Of a stretch of DNA of 51,787 nt, positions 9,910 through 18,713 are shown piece by piece. The stretch lies in contig JAZLEL010000067.1 in assembly GCA_045615265.1 (NCBI GenBank), positions 1 to 51,787 on the forward strand, read 5' to 3'. The position numbers and the translations under genes are program-made. How positions within the stretch are numbered: position 1 is the first letter of the stretch; the number at the start of each line of letters is the position of its first letter. This DNA comes from Clostridia bacterium (GTDB lineage Bacteria > Bacillota > Clostridia > UMGS1883). The notes beneath the pieces were generated by a model that had not been told where the DNA came from, searched no databases, and saw nothing but the letters and a program-made list of their open reading frames with translations.

Positions 9910-11676
9910 TTATATTCTTAGTTTTTCGGCAAGTTCACCGTCAGGCTTAACAAACGCCGTGCTGTATCCCTCGTAAATTACCATTCCTGCCCTTGCCCCG
10001 TTAGGCTTTTTAACATGGCTTACCGGACAGTAGTCTACTTCTACGTAAGGAGCATTTTTACCTTTTGAATAAAATGCTGCTATTGATGCGGCAACTTCAA
10101 TAACGTCATTCGGGAAATCTTCTCCCATATACTTTACAAGAGTGTGCGAGCCTGCGATATTTTTCGTATGAAGCCACAAATCACGGCTTCTGCTCATTTT
10201 TAAAGTAAGCATATCATTTTGTATATTATTCTTGCCCACATATATTGTGTAGCCGTTATATTTAAATTCATGAGGTTTTCCTTCCGGTGGGTTCTTACCC
10301 TTTTTGTTTTTGGAAGAATCTCCCTTTACATATCCGTAAGATACCAACTCTGCACGTATCTGTGAAAGTTGACTGGGCGTTTGTGCTTCAGAAAGACTGT
10401 AAAGCACTGATTCAAGGTATTCAATCTCCTTGACAGTTAATTTTATCTGCTCTGAGGCATAAATTTCGGTATTTTTCGCCTTTTTGTACTTTGTATAGTA
10501 TCGGGTGGCATTTTGAGAAGGCGATAGTTTTTCATCAAGTTTAATTTCTATTTCATCAGCATTCTCATCATAGAAATTTTGTGCAATAAGCTTCCTGTCA
10601 CCTTTATTCATTCTATAAAGATTGGCCGTTATCAAATCTCCGCAAATTCTAAGATACTCTCTGTTTTCAGCCTCTTTAAGCTCCGCTTGTAAAATATTGA
10701 GCTTTTTTTCAGCACGTTTAAGATTGTTTGTAATAACCTTGGTAATTGCCGCACTTCTGTCATTCATACGTGCATTCATATCACGCATATAATAAAATTC
10801 GCACGCCGCCTTATTAACACTTTCTGCACGAACAATTTTTGCTCCCGATTCATACTGTTTAATCTCAAAAGGAGCAAAATCCATGACCTTCTTTGCATCT
10901 TCGGAATAGATTACGCAAGGACTAAAATTCTGAGCTTCAGCTGCTTTAAAAAGCAGGAAAAGTTCATTTGCGATTCTTTCAATCTGATTGTTTTCCAATT
11001 CACCTATAACAAGCTTTCTGCTGCCACAGGCACGATACACACATTCTCCTGAAAGAAGCGGGCTGATTCCCATTACCCCGTCAGTAATAGCCCTATCAAC
11101 CTCCCTGCCCTCTGGAGATTCGTGGAGAAGCTTCACATAATCCGCTGCCACAGCAGTTTCGGGGTTAAGCCTTCCCGAATCCGGGGGCATCATATAGATA
11201 AGACCAGGCAAAATATTTCTCACAGAGCTTACTGTTAAGTCAATATGCTTTACAGAGTCTATAATACGTCTGTTTTCATCAAGAAAAATAATGTTACTGT
11301 TACGCCCCATCGCTTCGCACACAAGATGCCTTGTAGTAAGGTCACCAAGCTCGTTTCGGCAGGAAATTTCCACATTCACCGCTCTTTCAAACCCCAAGCG
11401 TTTTACAGATTCAATTCTACCACCTGTAAGATGTTTACGAAGAAGCATACAAAACATAGGTGGTGACAAGGGGTTTTCCTTGTTTTCCTCGACCAGGTGT
11501 ATTCGGGCATTCGCACTGCTGGCACTTATAACAAGCTTTTTATTCCCTGCTTGTCCTTTTAACATCAGCAAAATTTCATCACGCTCAGGCTGGTGTATTT
11601 TTTCAATTTTAGCACCCTCAAGCTGAGAATTAAGCTCATAGGCTATTGCACCAAGTGCAACTGCATCAAGCGGCAT
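9910..11676 (-). CDS. rqcH: NFACT-family ribosome quality control protein RqcH (FbpA / fibronectin-binding protein A family)
   Basis: It has the NFACT-N start (MPLDAVALGAIAYELNSQLEGAKIEKIHQPERDEILL) and a coiled-coil middle region. The C-terminal NFACT-R region is DLWLHTKNIAGSHTLV. Length is 588 aa. Confidence 0.9.
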   Translation of the reverse strand: MPLDAVALGAIAYELNSQLEGAKIEKIHQPERDEILLMLKGQAGNKKLVISASSANARIHLVEENKENPLSPPMFCMLLRKHLTGGRIESVKRLGFERAVNVEISCRNELGDLTTRHLVCEAMGRNSNIIFLDENRRIIDSVKHIDLTVSSVRNILPGLIYMMPPDSGRLNPETAVAADYVKLLHESPEGREVDRAITDGVMGISPLLSGECVYRACGSRKLVIGELENNQIERIANELFLLFKAAEAQNFSPCVIYSEDAKKVMDFAPFEIKQYESGAKIVRAESVNKAACEFYYMRDMNARMNDRSAAITKVITNNLKRAEKKLNILQAELKEAENREYLRICGDLITANLYRMNKGDRKLIAQNFYDENADEIEIKLDEKLSPSQNATRYYTKYKKAKNTEIYASEQIKLTVKEIEYLESVLYSLSEAQTPSQLSQIRAELVSYGYVKGDSSKNKKGKNPPEGKPHEFKYNGYTIYVGKNNIQNDMLTLKMSRSRDLWLHTKNIAGSHTLVKYMGEDFPNDVIEVAASIAAFYSKGKNAPYVEVDYCPVSHVKKPNGARAGMVIYEGYSTAFVKPDGELAEKLRI

Positions 11677-11775
11677 ACATATCTCTCCAAGTTAAGATTA
11701 GTCTTTTAATTATAGCATAGATTAGTCTTGTTTGCAACTGGAAAATAACATATTAACCTCATCTATAAATTTTCA

Positions 11776-11804
11776 TTGATTAAATGAAAGCTTAGTGGTA
11801 TAAT
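11776..11804 (+). promoter_or_regulatory. sigma-A type promoter for the SLH-protein/deoD unit
   Basis: TTGATT (11776-11781), a 17-nt spacer, then TGgTATAAT with an extended -10 (TATAAT at 11799-11804). Confidence 0.55.
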
Positions 11805-11830
11805 TTTAATAAGAAAGAAGGTTGATGTAT

Positions 11831-12880
11831 ATGAAAAAAATTGTTTCTTTACTGGTTATTATAGCTATGCTTTCTATATCCTTTGCCTCATATGCGTTGG
11901 ATATTCAAAGTGCATATTCTACTTTTAAAGCAGAACATCCTCAATTTGTTAATTCACTTATTAACGGCGGAATTCCCGAAGCAACAATTATTGCCTTCAT
12001 TTCTGATGTTAATGATTATCTGACTGAAATGAATTCTTATACCCCTGTGACAAAAGATAATTTTGAGACCTGTGCTATCGAGGCAATATCAGCGGTTTCC
12101 TCCCGTGAAGCATATTACTCACTTCAGGATTCTCTTATCATACTTTATCCAGATGCAATCAGGCTTGCCCTTACTGAAAATAAAGTTCATGATGATTTAA
12201 AACCACTCGTAGCAACCATTAAGAAAATACTTTTCCCCGATGATAATCCGGGAGGTGGCGGAAACGGCGGGGGTGGTAATGATACCACAAAGCCGGAAGA
12301 CCCTAAAGAAGATGAAAAGGAAGATAACGATACCAAGGAGCCTGAAAATCCAAACCGTTTTACAGATATTGACTCCGCACACTGGGCATATACACCTGTA
12401 AGTTATTTGTCAGATAATTTTATCCTCAATGGTTATCTTGACGGCACATTTAAGCCAGAAAGCAACATCACTCGTGCTGAATTTGCAAAAATTATTGTAT
12501 CTGCAAACAACGTGCTTGATGATAAGGCAACATCCTCATTTAACGATGTTTCCGCTAATGATTGGTATTACCCCTATGTTTCCACTGCCTATAAGCTTGG
12601 ATACATCACTGGCTATCCCGATGGAAACTTCTCTCCTGACAGTTATATTACACGTGCGGACATATGCACTATTGTAAACAGAGTTCTTAGGGCATCATTT
12701 AGTAATAAACCCTCATTCACCGATGACAGTTTAATTCCGTCATATGCAAAAGATTCTGTTTACGCACTCGCATCAAAAGGAATTATTAACGGCTACACAG
12801 ACGGAACATTTAAGCCAACAACATTCGCAACACGTGCTCAAACGGCAAAAATTATTTATACTGCATTCTTTCAAAAATAA
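11831..12880 (+). CDS. SLH (S-layer homology) domain-containing cell-wall protein
   Basis: It has a signal peptide, an unknown N-terminal domain and a Gly/Pro/Asp/Glu linker (PGGGGNGGGGNDTTKPEDPKEDEKEDND). Three SLH repeats follow (FTDIDSAHWAYTPVSYL..., FNDVSANDWYYPYVSTA..., FTDDSLIPSYAKDSVYAL...). Start chosen at ATG 11831, after GAAAGAAGG. Confidence 0.85.
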   Translation: MKKIVSLLVIIAMLSISFASYALDIQSAYSTFKAEHPQFVNSLINGGIPEATIIAFISDVNDYLTEMNSYTPVTKDNFETCAIEAISAVSSREAYYSLQDSLIILYPDAIRLALTENKVHDDLKPLVATIKKILFPDDNPGGGGNGGGGNDTTKPEDPKEDEKEDNDTKEPENPNRFTDIDSAHWAYTPVSYLSDNFILNGYLDGTFKPESNITRAEFAKIIVSANNVLDDKATSSFNDVSANDWYYPYVSTAYKLGYITGYPDGNFSPDSYITRADICTIVNRVLRASFSNKPSFTDDSLIPSYAKDSVYALASKGIINGYTDGTFKPTTFATRAQTAKIIYTAFFQK

Positions 12881-12892
12881 GGAGTGAAAACC

Positions 12893-13612
12893 ATGTCAAA
12901 CATTCCTACTGCTCATATAAAAGCAACTGAGGATGCTTTTGCTCAGACAGTGCTTATGCCTGGGGACCCCCTTAGAAGTGAATTTATAGCAAAAAATATG
13001 CTCGAAGGTGCAGTTCTTATAAACAATGTACGTTCAGTTAAAGGATACACAGGAACATATAAGGGAAAAAGAGTGTCTGTTATGGCAAGCGGTATGGGTA
13101 TGCCATCTATTGGGATATATAGCTATGAGCTTTTTAACTTCTTCGGTGTTGAAAATATTATTCGTGTAGGCACGGCAGGTTCCCTTGACAAAAATATAGG
13201 GCTGAGGGATATTGTTCTGGCGATAGGTGCATCTACAAACTCTTCATATGCATCGCAGTTTTGTCTTAACGGAACTTTCAGTGCAACCGCATCGTATAAC
13301 CTTTTAAAATGCGCTTATGAAACGGCTTTATCAAAAAATGCAAAATGCCATATAGGAAATGTTCTTTCTTCCGATAATTTTTATAATGCCGATACTTCTG
13401 CGAACGAAAAATGGATTGCAATGGGAATTAAATGTATAGAAATGGAGGCGGCTGCCCTTTATATGAATGCCGCCCGTGCAGGGAAAAATGCACTTGCAAT
13501 CCTTACTATTTCGGACAATATTATAACAGGTGAAGCCACAACTGCTGATGAGAGGCAGACGGCATTTACCGATATGATGGAAATTGCACTTGAAACTGCA
13601 ATAAAAATATGA
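12893..13612 (+). CDS. deoD: purine-nucleoside phosphorylase (DeoD type)
   Basis: MSNIPTAHIKATEDAFAQTVLMPGDPLRSEFIAK...VSVMASGMGMPSIGIYSYEL...IEMEAAALY. AAGGAG lies 8 nt upstream of ATG 12893. Confidence 0.9.
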   Translation: MSNIPTAHIKATEDAFAQTVLMPGDPLRSEFIAKNMLEGAVLINNVRSVKGYTGTYKGKRVSVMASGMGMPSIGIYSYELFNFFGVENIIRVGTAGSLDKNIGLRDIVLAIGASTNSSYASQFCLNGTFSATASYNLLKCAYETALSKNAKCHIGNVLSSDNFYNADTSANEKWIAMGIKCIEMEAAALYMNAARAGKNALAILTISDNIITGEATTADERQTAFTDMMEIALETAIKI

Positions 13613-13626
13613 GGTTCTTTTGAGCC

Positions 13627-14391
13627 TCATATTTTTATGCTTACATCACCGCTTATAAGCTTTTCTATTATTCCGTTTTCTTTTTCTACAACAAGAGAAT
13701 AATCGTTATCGATTGCAAGGGCTTTTGCCCTTTCTTCTCCCCCGTTGTTTAAAATCATAATTTCTTCATTTATTATAAACGAGCGTTCCCTGTATTCCTG
13801 AAGAAGTTTTTCTCTTTCAGGATTCATATAAATTTTCATAAACTCATTAAGAAATTCTACAATTACCTTTTCCCGCAGAAAAGGTTCTCTCTTTTCAAAA
13901 ACTGCCCCTGCTCTGTCTTTTATATCTTCGGGGAAACCTTTTTGGGGTGGCAGCACATTTATTCCTACACCTAAAACCAAGTATTCGCCTACACCCTCAG
14001 TCAGTATCCCGCATACCTTTCTTTTGTGGATATATATATCGTTTACCCATTTTATCAGGGCCTTCTCGCCCGTCAACCGTTCAAAAACACGTGCTGCACA
14101 TACCGCTGCATCAGTAGTAACTAAGAGCGGATTTTGTTTTTCGGAGGGTTTTAGGAGAATGCTCATATAGATTCCTGTCGCATTTGGAGAATGAAAGCTT
14201 CTGCCTAATCTTCCCCTGCCTGCCGTCTGCTTTTCTGCAATAAGCACGGAAAACTCATCGATTCCTTTTCGTGCAGCCTCTTTCATTATTGTATTGGTTG
14301 AGGAAACGCACGATTTTACTTTTATACTATACGCACTGCAACACAGTGCTTTTTTTATATATTTTTTAGAGATGATATTGAAAAAAAGCAT
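13627..14391 (-). CDS. birA: biotin--[acetyl-CoA-carboxylase] ligase, class I (no N-terminal HTH)
   Basis: QTAGRGRLGRSFHSP is the biotin-ligase signature, and KWVNDIY..KVCGILTE is also present. Start is at M31 of the ORF (ATG 14391), with AAGGAGGG 7 nt upstream. Confidence 0.85.
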   Translation of the reverse strand: MLFFNIISKKYIKKALCCSAYSIKVKSCVSSTNTIMKEAARKGIDEFSVLIAEKQTAGRGRLGRSFHSPNATGIYMSILLKPSEKQNPLLVTTDAAVCAARVFERLTGEKALIKWVNDIYIHKRKVCGILTEGVGEYLVLGVGINVLPPQKGFPEDIKDRAGAVFEKREPFLREKVIVEFLNEFMKIYMNPEREKLLQEYRERSFIINEEIMILNNGGEERAKALAIDNDYSLVVEKENGIIEKLISGDVSIKI

Positions 14392-14474
14392 TTTCAAGCC
14401 CTCCTTATGGATAATAATATCATATACCTCCCTATTAGTCAAAACAAAAACTGTAATAAAGCCCGTACTTTCCT

Positions 14475-14482
14475 CATACAAT
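14475..14482 (+). promoter_or_regulatory. possible sigma-E type -10 element upstream of spoIVA
   Basis: CATACAAT matches the remembered sigma-E -10 consensus CATACA-T. It lies 33 nt upstream of the spoIVA ATG. No convincing -35 was identified. Confidence 0.3.
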
Positions 14483-14514
14483 GTACCAAAACATACAAGT
14501 ATGGAGGAATAAAT

Positions 14515-15993
14515 ATGGAGCAGTACAAGATATACAACGACATTGCCGAGCGAACACAGGGCGATATTTACATTGGTGTTGTTGGTCCGGTAAGAACGGG
14601 AAAATCAACATTTATAAAACGATTTATGGATTTATTGGTGCTTCCCAACATTGAAAATGAGCATATCCGCTCTCGTGCAGTTGATGAGCTTCCCCAAAGC
14701 GGGGCAGGAAAAACAATAATGACAACCGAACCGAAATTTATCCCCAATGAGGCGGTAACAATTAATCTCACTGAAAATGCATCATTTAATGTACGTATGA
14801 TTGACTGTGTAGGCTACTGCGTAAACGCAGCACAGGGACATACTGAAGAAGGACAGCCCCGCATGGTTACAACACCATGGTTTGAAGAGGATATTCCATT
14901 TGACAAGGCGGCTGAAATCGGTACTGATAAAGTTATCCGTGAACACAGTACAATTGGTCTTGTTATAACAACTGACGGAAGTATATGCGACATACCCAGA
15001 TACGAATATGTTTCTGCCGAGGAGAGGGTTATAGCAGAGCTTAAAGAAATCAACAAGCCTTTTATAATTCTTCTCAATTCCGCAATGCCCGAAAGTGACA
15101 CCGCAAAAAATTTAAAGGCAGAGCTTGAAAAAAAGCATGGTGTTCCCGTTTTCCTGTTCTCATGTGCTGATATGAATATTGATGACATAAATTCAATAAT
15201 GCAGAACGTGCTCTTTGAATTTCCGCTTAAGGAATTGGGAATTAATCTTCCAGGATGGATTGATGCACTTTCTCAAGACCACTACTTAAAAGCATCGATT
15301 TACGAATCGGTACGAAGTGCGATAAACGGCGTACATAAGCTTAGTGACATAAATTCCGTTGCACCGATACTTTGCGAAAACGAGTATCTTTCTTCTGCAA
15401 GAATCAGCGATATTTCTCTTGGTAAAGGCACCGCACTTATACAAACAGAGGCCGTAGAGGGACTTTTCTACAACGTATTGGGCGAAACAACCGGATTGGA
15501 AATAAGAAATGACGAAGAACTTGTTTCTATGCTTTGCTCCCTCTCAGAAGCAAAGAGAGAGTACGACAAAATTGCCAATGCATTGGCACAGGTACGGCAA
15601 ACAGGTTACGGAATCGTTTCTCCCGGAATCGAGGAGCTTTCACTGCGTGAACCTGAAATTATCCGCCAGGGCGGAAGGTATGGAGTAAGGCTTCGTGCAA
15701 GTGCTCCCTCAATACATCTTATCCGTGCAGATATTGAAACGGAAGTAAATCCGATTGTCGGCAGCGAAAAGCAATCAGAAGAACTGGTTCACTATCTTCT
15801 CAGTGAATTTGAAAGCGACCCTGCAAAAATATGGGAGTCAAATATATTTGGTAAATCTCTTCACGAGCTTGTAAATGAAGGCCTTCAGACAAAGCTTTCA
15901 AAAATGCCTGACGATGCAAGAGGTAAGCTTCAGGAAACATTACAGAGAATTATAAATGAAGGAAGCGGCGGACTTATTTGCATTATATTATAA
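14515..15993 (+). CDS. spoIVA: stage IV sporulation protein A (spore coat morphogenetic ATPase)
   Basis: MEQYKIYNDIAERTQGDIYIGVVGPVRTGKSTFIKRFMD contains the Walker A motif. DELPQSGAGKTIMTTEPKF and the C-terminal ..INEGSGGLICIIL are also present. GGAGG lies 7 nt upstream. The 36-codon extension in the ORF track is rejected. Confidence 0.95.
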   Translation: MEQYKIYNDIAERTQGDIYIGVVGPVRTGKSTFIKRFMDLLVLPNIENEHIRSRAVDELPQSGAGKTIMTTEPKFIPNEAVTINLTENASFNVRMIDCVGYCVNAAQGHTEEGQPRMVTTPWFEEDIPFDKAAEIGTDKVIREHSTIGLVITTDGSICDIPRYEYVSAEERVIAELKEINKPFIILLNSAMPESDTAKNLKAELEKKHGVPVFLFSCADMNIDDINSIMQNVLFEFPLKELGINLPGWIDALSQDHYLKASIYESVRSAINGVHKLSDINSVAPILCENEYLSSARISDISLGKGTALIQTEAVEGLFYNVLGETTGLEIRNDEELVSMLCSLSEAKREYDKIANALAQVRQTGYGIVSPGIEELSLREPEIIRQGGRYGVRLRASAPSIHLIRADIETEVNPIVGSEKQSEELVHYLLSEFESDPAKIWESNIFGKSLHELVNEGLQTKLSKMPDDARGKLQETLQRIINEGSGGLICIIL

Positions 15994-16004
15994 CTTCTTC
16001 ATAT

Positions 16005-16043
16005 AAAAAACATCATACGGATTATTCCGTATGATGTTTTTTT
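16005..16043. terminator. bidirectional rho-independent terminator shared by spoIVA (+) and the vanZ-like gene (-)
   Basis: AAAAAA-CATCATACGGA-ttat-TCCGTATGATG-TTTTTTT, an 11-bp perfect stem. Confidence 0.8.
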
Positions 16044-16507
16044 GTTATCTTTCTAATCGCAATCGAAATTAATATTGCAAATACTGCCCCAGACAGTCCC
16101 CCCAGCACATCTATTATAACATCACTTAACTGGGCACTGCGACCAGGCACAAAACTTTGATGAAACTCGTCACTGCATGAATATAGGGCAACACATACCA
16201 CAGAATAAGCTAGCTGCTTTATTCCATAAACCTTATACTCACCAAAAAGCAATGCTATTAAAAAACCTAAGACTGCGTAAATAGCAAAATGTGCCCCCTT
16301 GCGGACAATACTATGAAATGCTATGGAAATTTCATTTATTTCTGCTTCCGAAAAAGCATCACGCACATCAAAAAATCTGATAATACTTACTATGAAGCCT
16401 GCGCTTAATCCGGAGGATTCCTTCGCCTCTTGTGATGACAAAAAGAATATCGTACTCATACAGGTTACCAGAAGTATCCATAAAATTATTTTTTTAATCA
16501 TACTCAT
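16022..16507 (-). CDS. VanZ family membrane protein
   Basis: A 161-aa protein with 4-5 TM helices. It carries the motifs KGAHFAIYAVLG and CSDEFHQSFVPGRSAQLSDVIID, typical of VanZ-like proteins. Confidence 0.8.
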   Translation of the reverse strand: MSMIKKIILWILLVTCMSTIFFLSSQEAKESSGLSAGFIVSIIRFFDVRDAFSEAEINEISIAFHSIVRKGAHFAIYAVLGFLIALLFGEYKVYGIKQLAYSVVCVALYSCSDEFHQSFVPGRSAQLSDVIIDVLGGLSGAVFAILISIAIRKITKKHHTE

Positions 16508-16562
16508 CTCTCCCGATGATAAATATGATATACCTAAATGAAGAAAAAGTCAACTGACCTTT

Positions 16563-17108
16563 TTAGTCCTCCATATGCTTTCCTAAAAAGCCTGCTGCAC
16601 TTTGGCAAAGTTTCTTCTCAACTTCTCCTACGGGCATATTTTCCTTGTCCGATACCATCATAACACTTCCAATTGTATCGCCTTCGCTCACAATAGGAGC
16701 AACAACACCTGCAAAATATTTTTCCGAGCCGTCAACTACGGGCACACCTGCATTTTCTCCTGCCTCAACAGCAAAGATGATTTTCTTTTCCATCATCTTT
16801 TCAATATCTTCGCTAATACGCTTTTCAACGAGTTCTTTTTTGGGTGCACCTGAAACGGCTATTACGCTGTCTTTGTCAGTAATTACTACCGGAAGTCCGC
16901 TTGTTTTAGCAAGTGTTTCTGCATAACCTGCGGCAAATTCTCCAAGTTCGCCGATAGGAGAGTATTTTTTGAAGATTACCTCTCCGTCACGCTCGGTAAA
17001 TATTTCCAGCGGGTCTCCTTCACGGATTCTCATAGTTCTTCTTATCTCTTTAGGTATAACTACACGACCAAGGTCGTCAATTCTTCTTACAATTCCTGTT
17101 GCTTTCAT
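16563..17108 (-). CDS. spoVT: stage V sporulation protein T (AbrB-fold N-domain plus GAF-like C-domain)
   Basis: MKATGIVRRIDDLGRVVIPKEIRRTMRIREGDPLEIF is the SpoVT/AbrB swapped-hairpin domain. The 181-aa length fits SpoVT rather than AbrB. Confidence 0.9.
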   Translation of the reverse strand: MKATGIVRRIDDLGRVVIPKEIRRTMRIREGDPLEIFTERDGEVIFKKYSPIGELGEFAAGYAETLAKTSGLPVVITDKDSVIAVSGAPKKELVEKRISEDIEKMMEKKIIFAVEAGENAGVPVVDGSEKYFAGVVAPIVSEGDTIGSVMMVSDKENMPVGEVEKKLCQSAAGFLGKHMED

Positions 17109-17207
17109 TATATAAATACTCCTTTTGGTTTGATTTTACAAGACTATTGTGTGCAAGGTAGGAATTTTTATGTAATGAAAAATTTGGTATAAATTTTGTA
17201 AAAACTA

Positions 17208-17237
17208 TTTACAAGTTTTTACAAAATATGCTATAAT
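17208..17237 (+). promoter_or_regulatory. sigma-A type promoter for the nucleobase permease gene
   Basis: TTTACA (17208-17213), an 18-nt spacer, then TATAAT (17232-17237). Confidence 0.5.
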
Positions 17238-17293
17238 CTGTACATAAGAAACCATACATATATGGTTTTAGAAAAAATATTGGAGGGAAAAAA

Positions 17294-18649
17294 ATGGAAA
17301 AGTTCTTCAAATTGAAGGAAAAAGGTACTAATGTACGTACCGAAATCATTGCAGGTATTACAACATTCCTTGCAATGGCTTACATTCTGGCGGTAAACCC
17401 CGGTATGTTGGGCATCATTCCTGATGGTCCCGGTCCTGCTGCTATATTCATGGCAACAGCATTATCTGCAGCAATTGCTACAATCTGTATGGCATTTTTT
17501 GCAAACTATCCCGTAGCTCTCGCTTCTGGTATGGGACTTAACGCATTTTTCACTTACACTGTATGTCTTGGTATGGGATATTCGTACAAAGTTGCTTTGA
17601 CAGCTATCTTGATTGAAGGTATCATTTTTATGATTCTTTCTATCTTCAAGTTTAGAGAAGCACTGGTTAACAAAATCCCCAAAAACTTAAAGCTTGGTAT
17701 CACAGCAGGTATTGGTCTTTTTATCACAATCATTGCACTTATCAATGCAGGTGTTGTTGTTAATAACGATTCCACCTTGGTAGGTCTTGGTAACTTAGGC
17801 TCACCTCAGGTTGTTCTGGCAGTTGTTGGTCTTCTCATTATAGGTGTTCTCCACCACTATAAAGTTAAGGGCGATATATTGATCGGTATTCTTGCAACTT
17901 GGGTTCTTGGTATCATTACAGAATTAATTGGTTGGTATGTTGTGGATATTGAAGCAGGCGTATATTCTTTGATTCCAACTCTTTCTTGGGATTCAATCAA
18001 GGCTAACTTTGCAGCTCCTGCACTCTTCCAGTTTGATTTCGGATTTGTTGCAAAAAACTTTATGTCTTTTGCAGTTGTAATGTTCACATTCCTTTATACT
18101 GATATCTTCGATACAGTTGGAACGCTTATCGGCGTTGCATCAAAGGGTAATCTTCTTGACCAAGAGGGCAAGCTTCCCAACGCAAGCGGTGCGCTCATGG
18201 CAGACGCCGTTGGTACAGTAGCAGGTGCATGCCTTGGTACATCTACTGTTACAAGCTATGTTGAATCAAGTGCAGGTGTAGCTGCAGGTGGTAGAACAGG
18301 TCTTACAGCTTTAACAACAGGTATTCTGTTCCTTATTGCTATACCTTTTGCTCCTATTTTCCTTGCAATCCCCGGTTTTGCAACAGCTCCCGCTATGTTG
18401 TTTGTTGGACTTCTTATGCTTTCAGCAGTAACGCAGATGGATTTCGACGGTGACGTTGCTGATGCTATCGGTGGTTTCCTTGCAATTGTTATGATGCCTT
18501 TCGCATATTCTATTGCAACAGGTATTATGTTTGCTATGATTTCATGGGTAATTCTTAAGATCTGTACAGGCAAGATTAAGGATATATCCCCCATAATGTG
18601 GATTTCAGTTGCATTGTTTGCAATTTATATTGCAACACAGATTGCATAA
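17294..18649 (+). CDS. NCS2/AzgA-family nucleobase permease (adenine/guanine/hypoxanthine type)
   Basis: MEKFFKLKEKGTNVRTEIIAGITTFLAMAYILAVNP is the characteristic N-terminus. It has about 13 TM segments and the motif VTSYVESSAGVAAGGRTGLTA. Confidence 0.9.
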   Translation: MEKFFKLKEKGTNVRTEIIAGITTFLAMAYILAVNPGMLGIIPDGPGPAAIFMATALSAAIATICMAFFANYPVALASGMGLNAFFTYTVCLGMGYSYKVALTAILIEGIIFMILSIFKFREALVNKIPKNLKLGITAGIGLFITIIALINAGVVVNNDSTLVGLGNLGSPQVVLAVVGLLIIGVLHHYKVKGDILIGILATWVLGIITELIGWYVVDIEAGVYSLIPTLSWDSIKANFAAPALFQFDFGFVAKNFMSFAVVMFTFLYTDIFDTVGTLIGVASKGNLLDQEGKLPNASGALMADAVGTVAGACLGTSTVTSYVESSAGVAAGGRTGLTALTTGILFLIAIPFAPIFLAIPGFATAPAMLFVGLLMLSAVTQMDFDGDVADAIGGFLAIVMMPFAYSIATGIMFAMISWVILKICTGKIKDISPIMWISVALFAIYIATQIA

Positions 18650-18666
18650 CATAAAATTAAGACAAC

Positions 18667-18702
18667 AAAAATCCGTGTCACCTCAGTGACACGGATTTTT
18701 TT
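18667..18702. terminator. bidirectional rho-independent terminator (permease / UPF0210 convergent pair)
   Basis: AAAA-ATCCGTGTCAC-ctca-GTGACACGGAT-TTTTTT, an 11-bp perfect stem. Confidence 0.8.
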
Positions 18703-18713
18703 ATTTATACTGA

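Noticed and set aside
12241-12300. G-rich nucleotide tracts here and at 42230-42300 as possible tandem repeats or G-quadruplex elements
   Set aside because: Both are in frame within SLH proteins and encode Gly-rich interdomain linkers (PGGGGNGGGGND; GGSGGGMSGGSGGG). There is no array structure beyond that.
14407-14514. A 36-codon N-terminal extension of spoIVA (and the matching 30-codon extension of birA, 14392-14481), which would make the two genes overlap head-to-head
   Set aside because: Both proteins have canonical N-termini at internal ATGs with good SD sequences (GGAGG at 14503; AAGGAGGG at 14399-14406). The extensions are non-homologous, low-complexity sequence.
17110-17293. An expected purine (guanine/adenine) riboswitch upstream of the NCS2 nucleobase permease
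   Set aside because: The leader after the predicted promoter is only ~56 nt. I cannot find the conserved three-way-junction core (e.g. the ...TTTCTACC...CCGACTA... pattern of xpt-type aptamers). It should still be confirmed with an Rfam scan.
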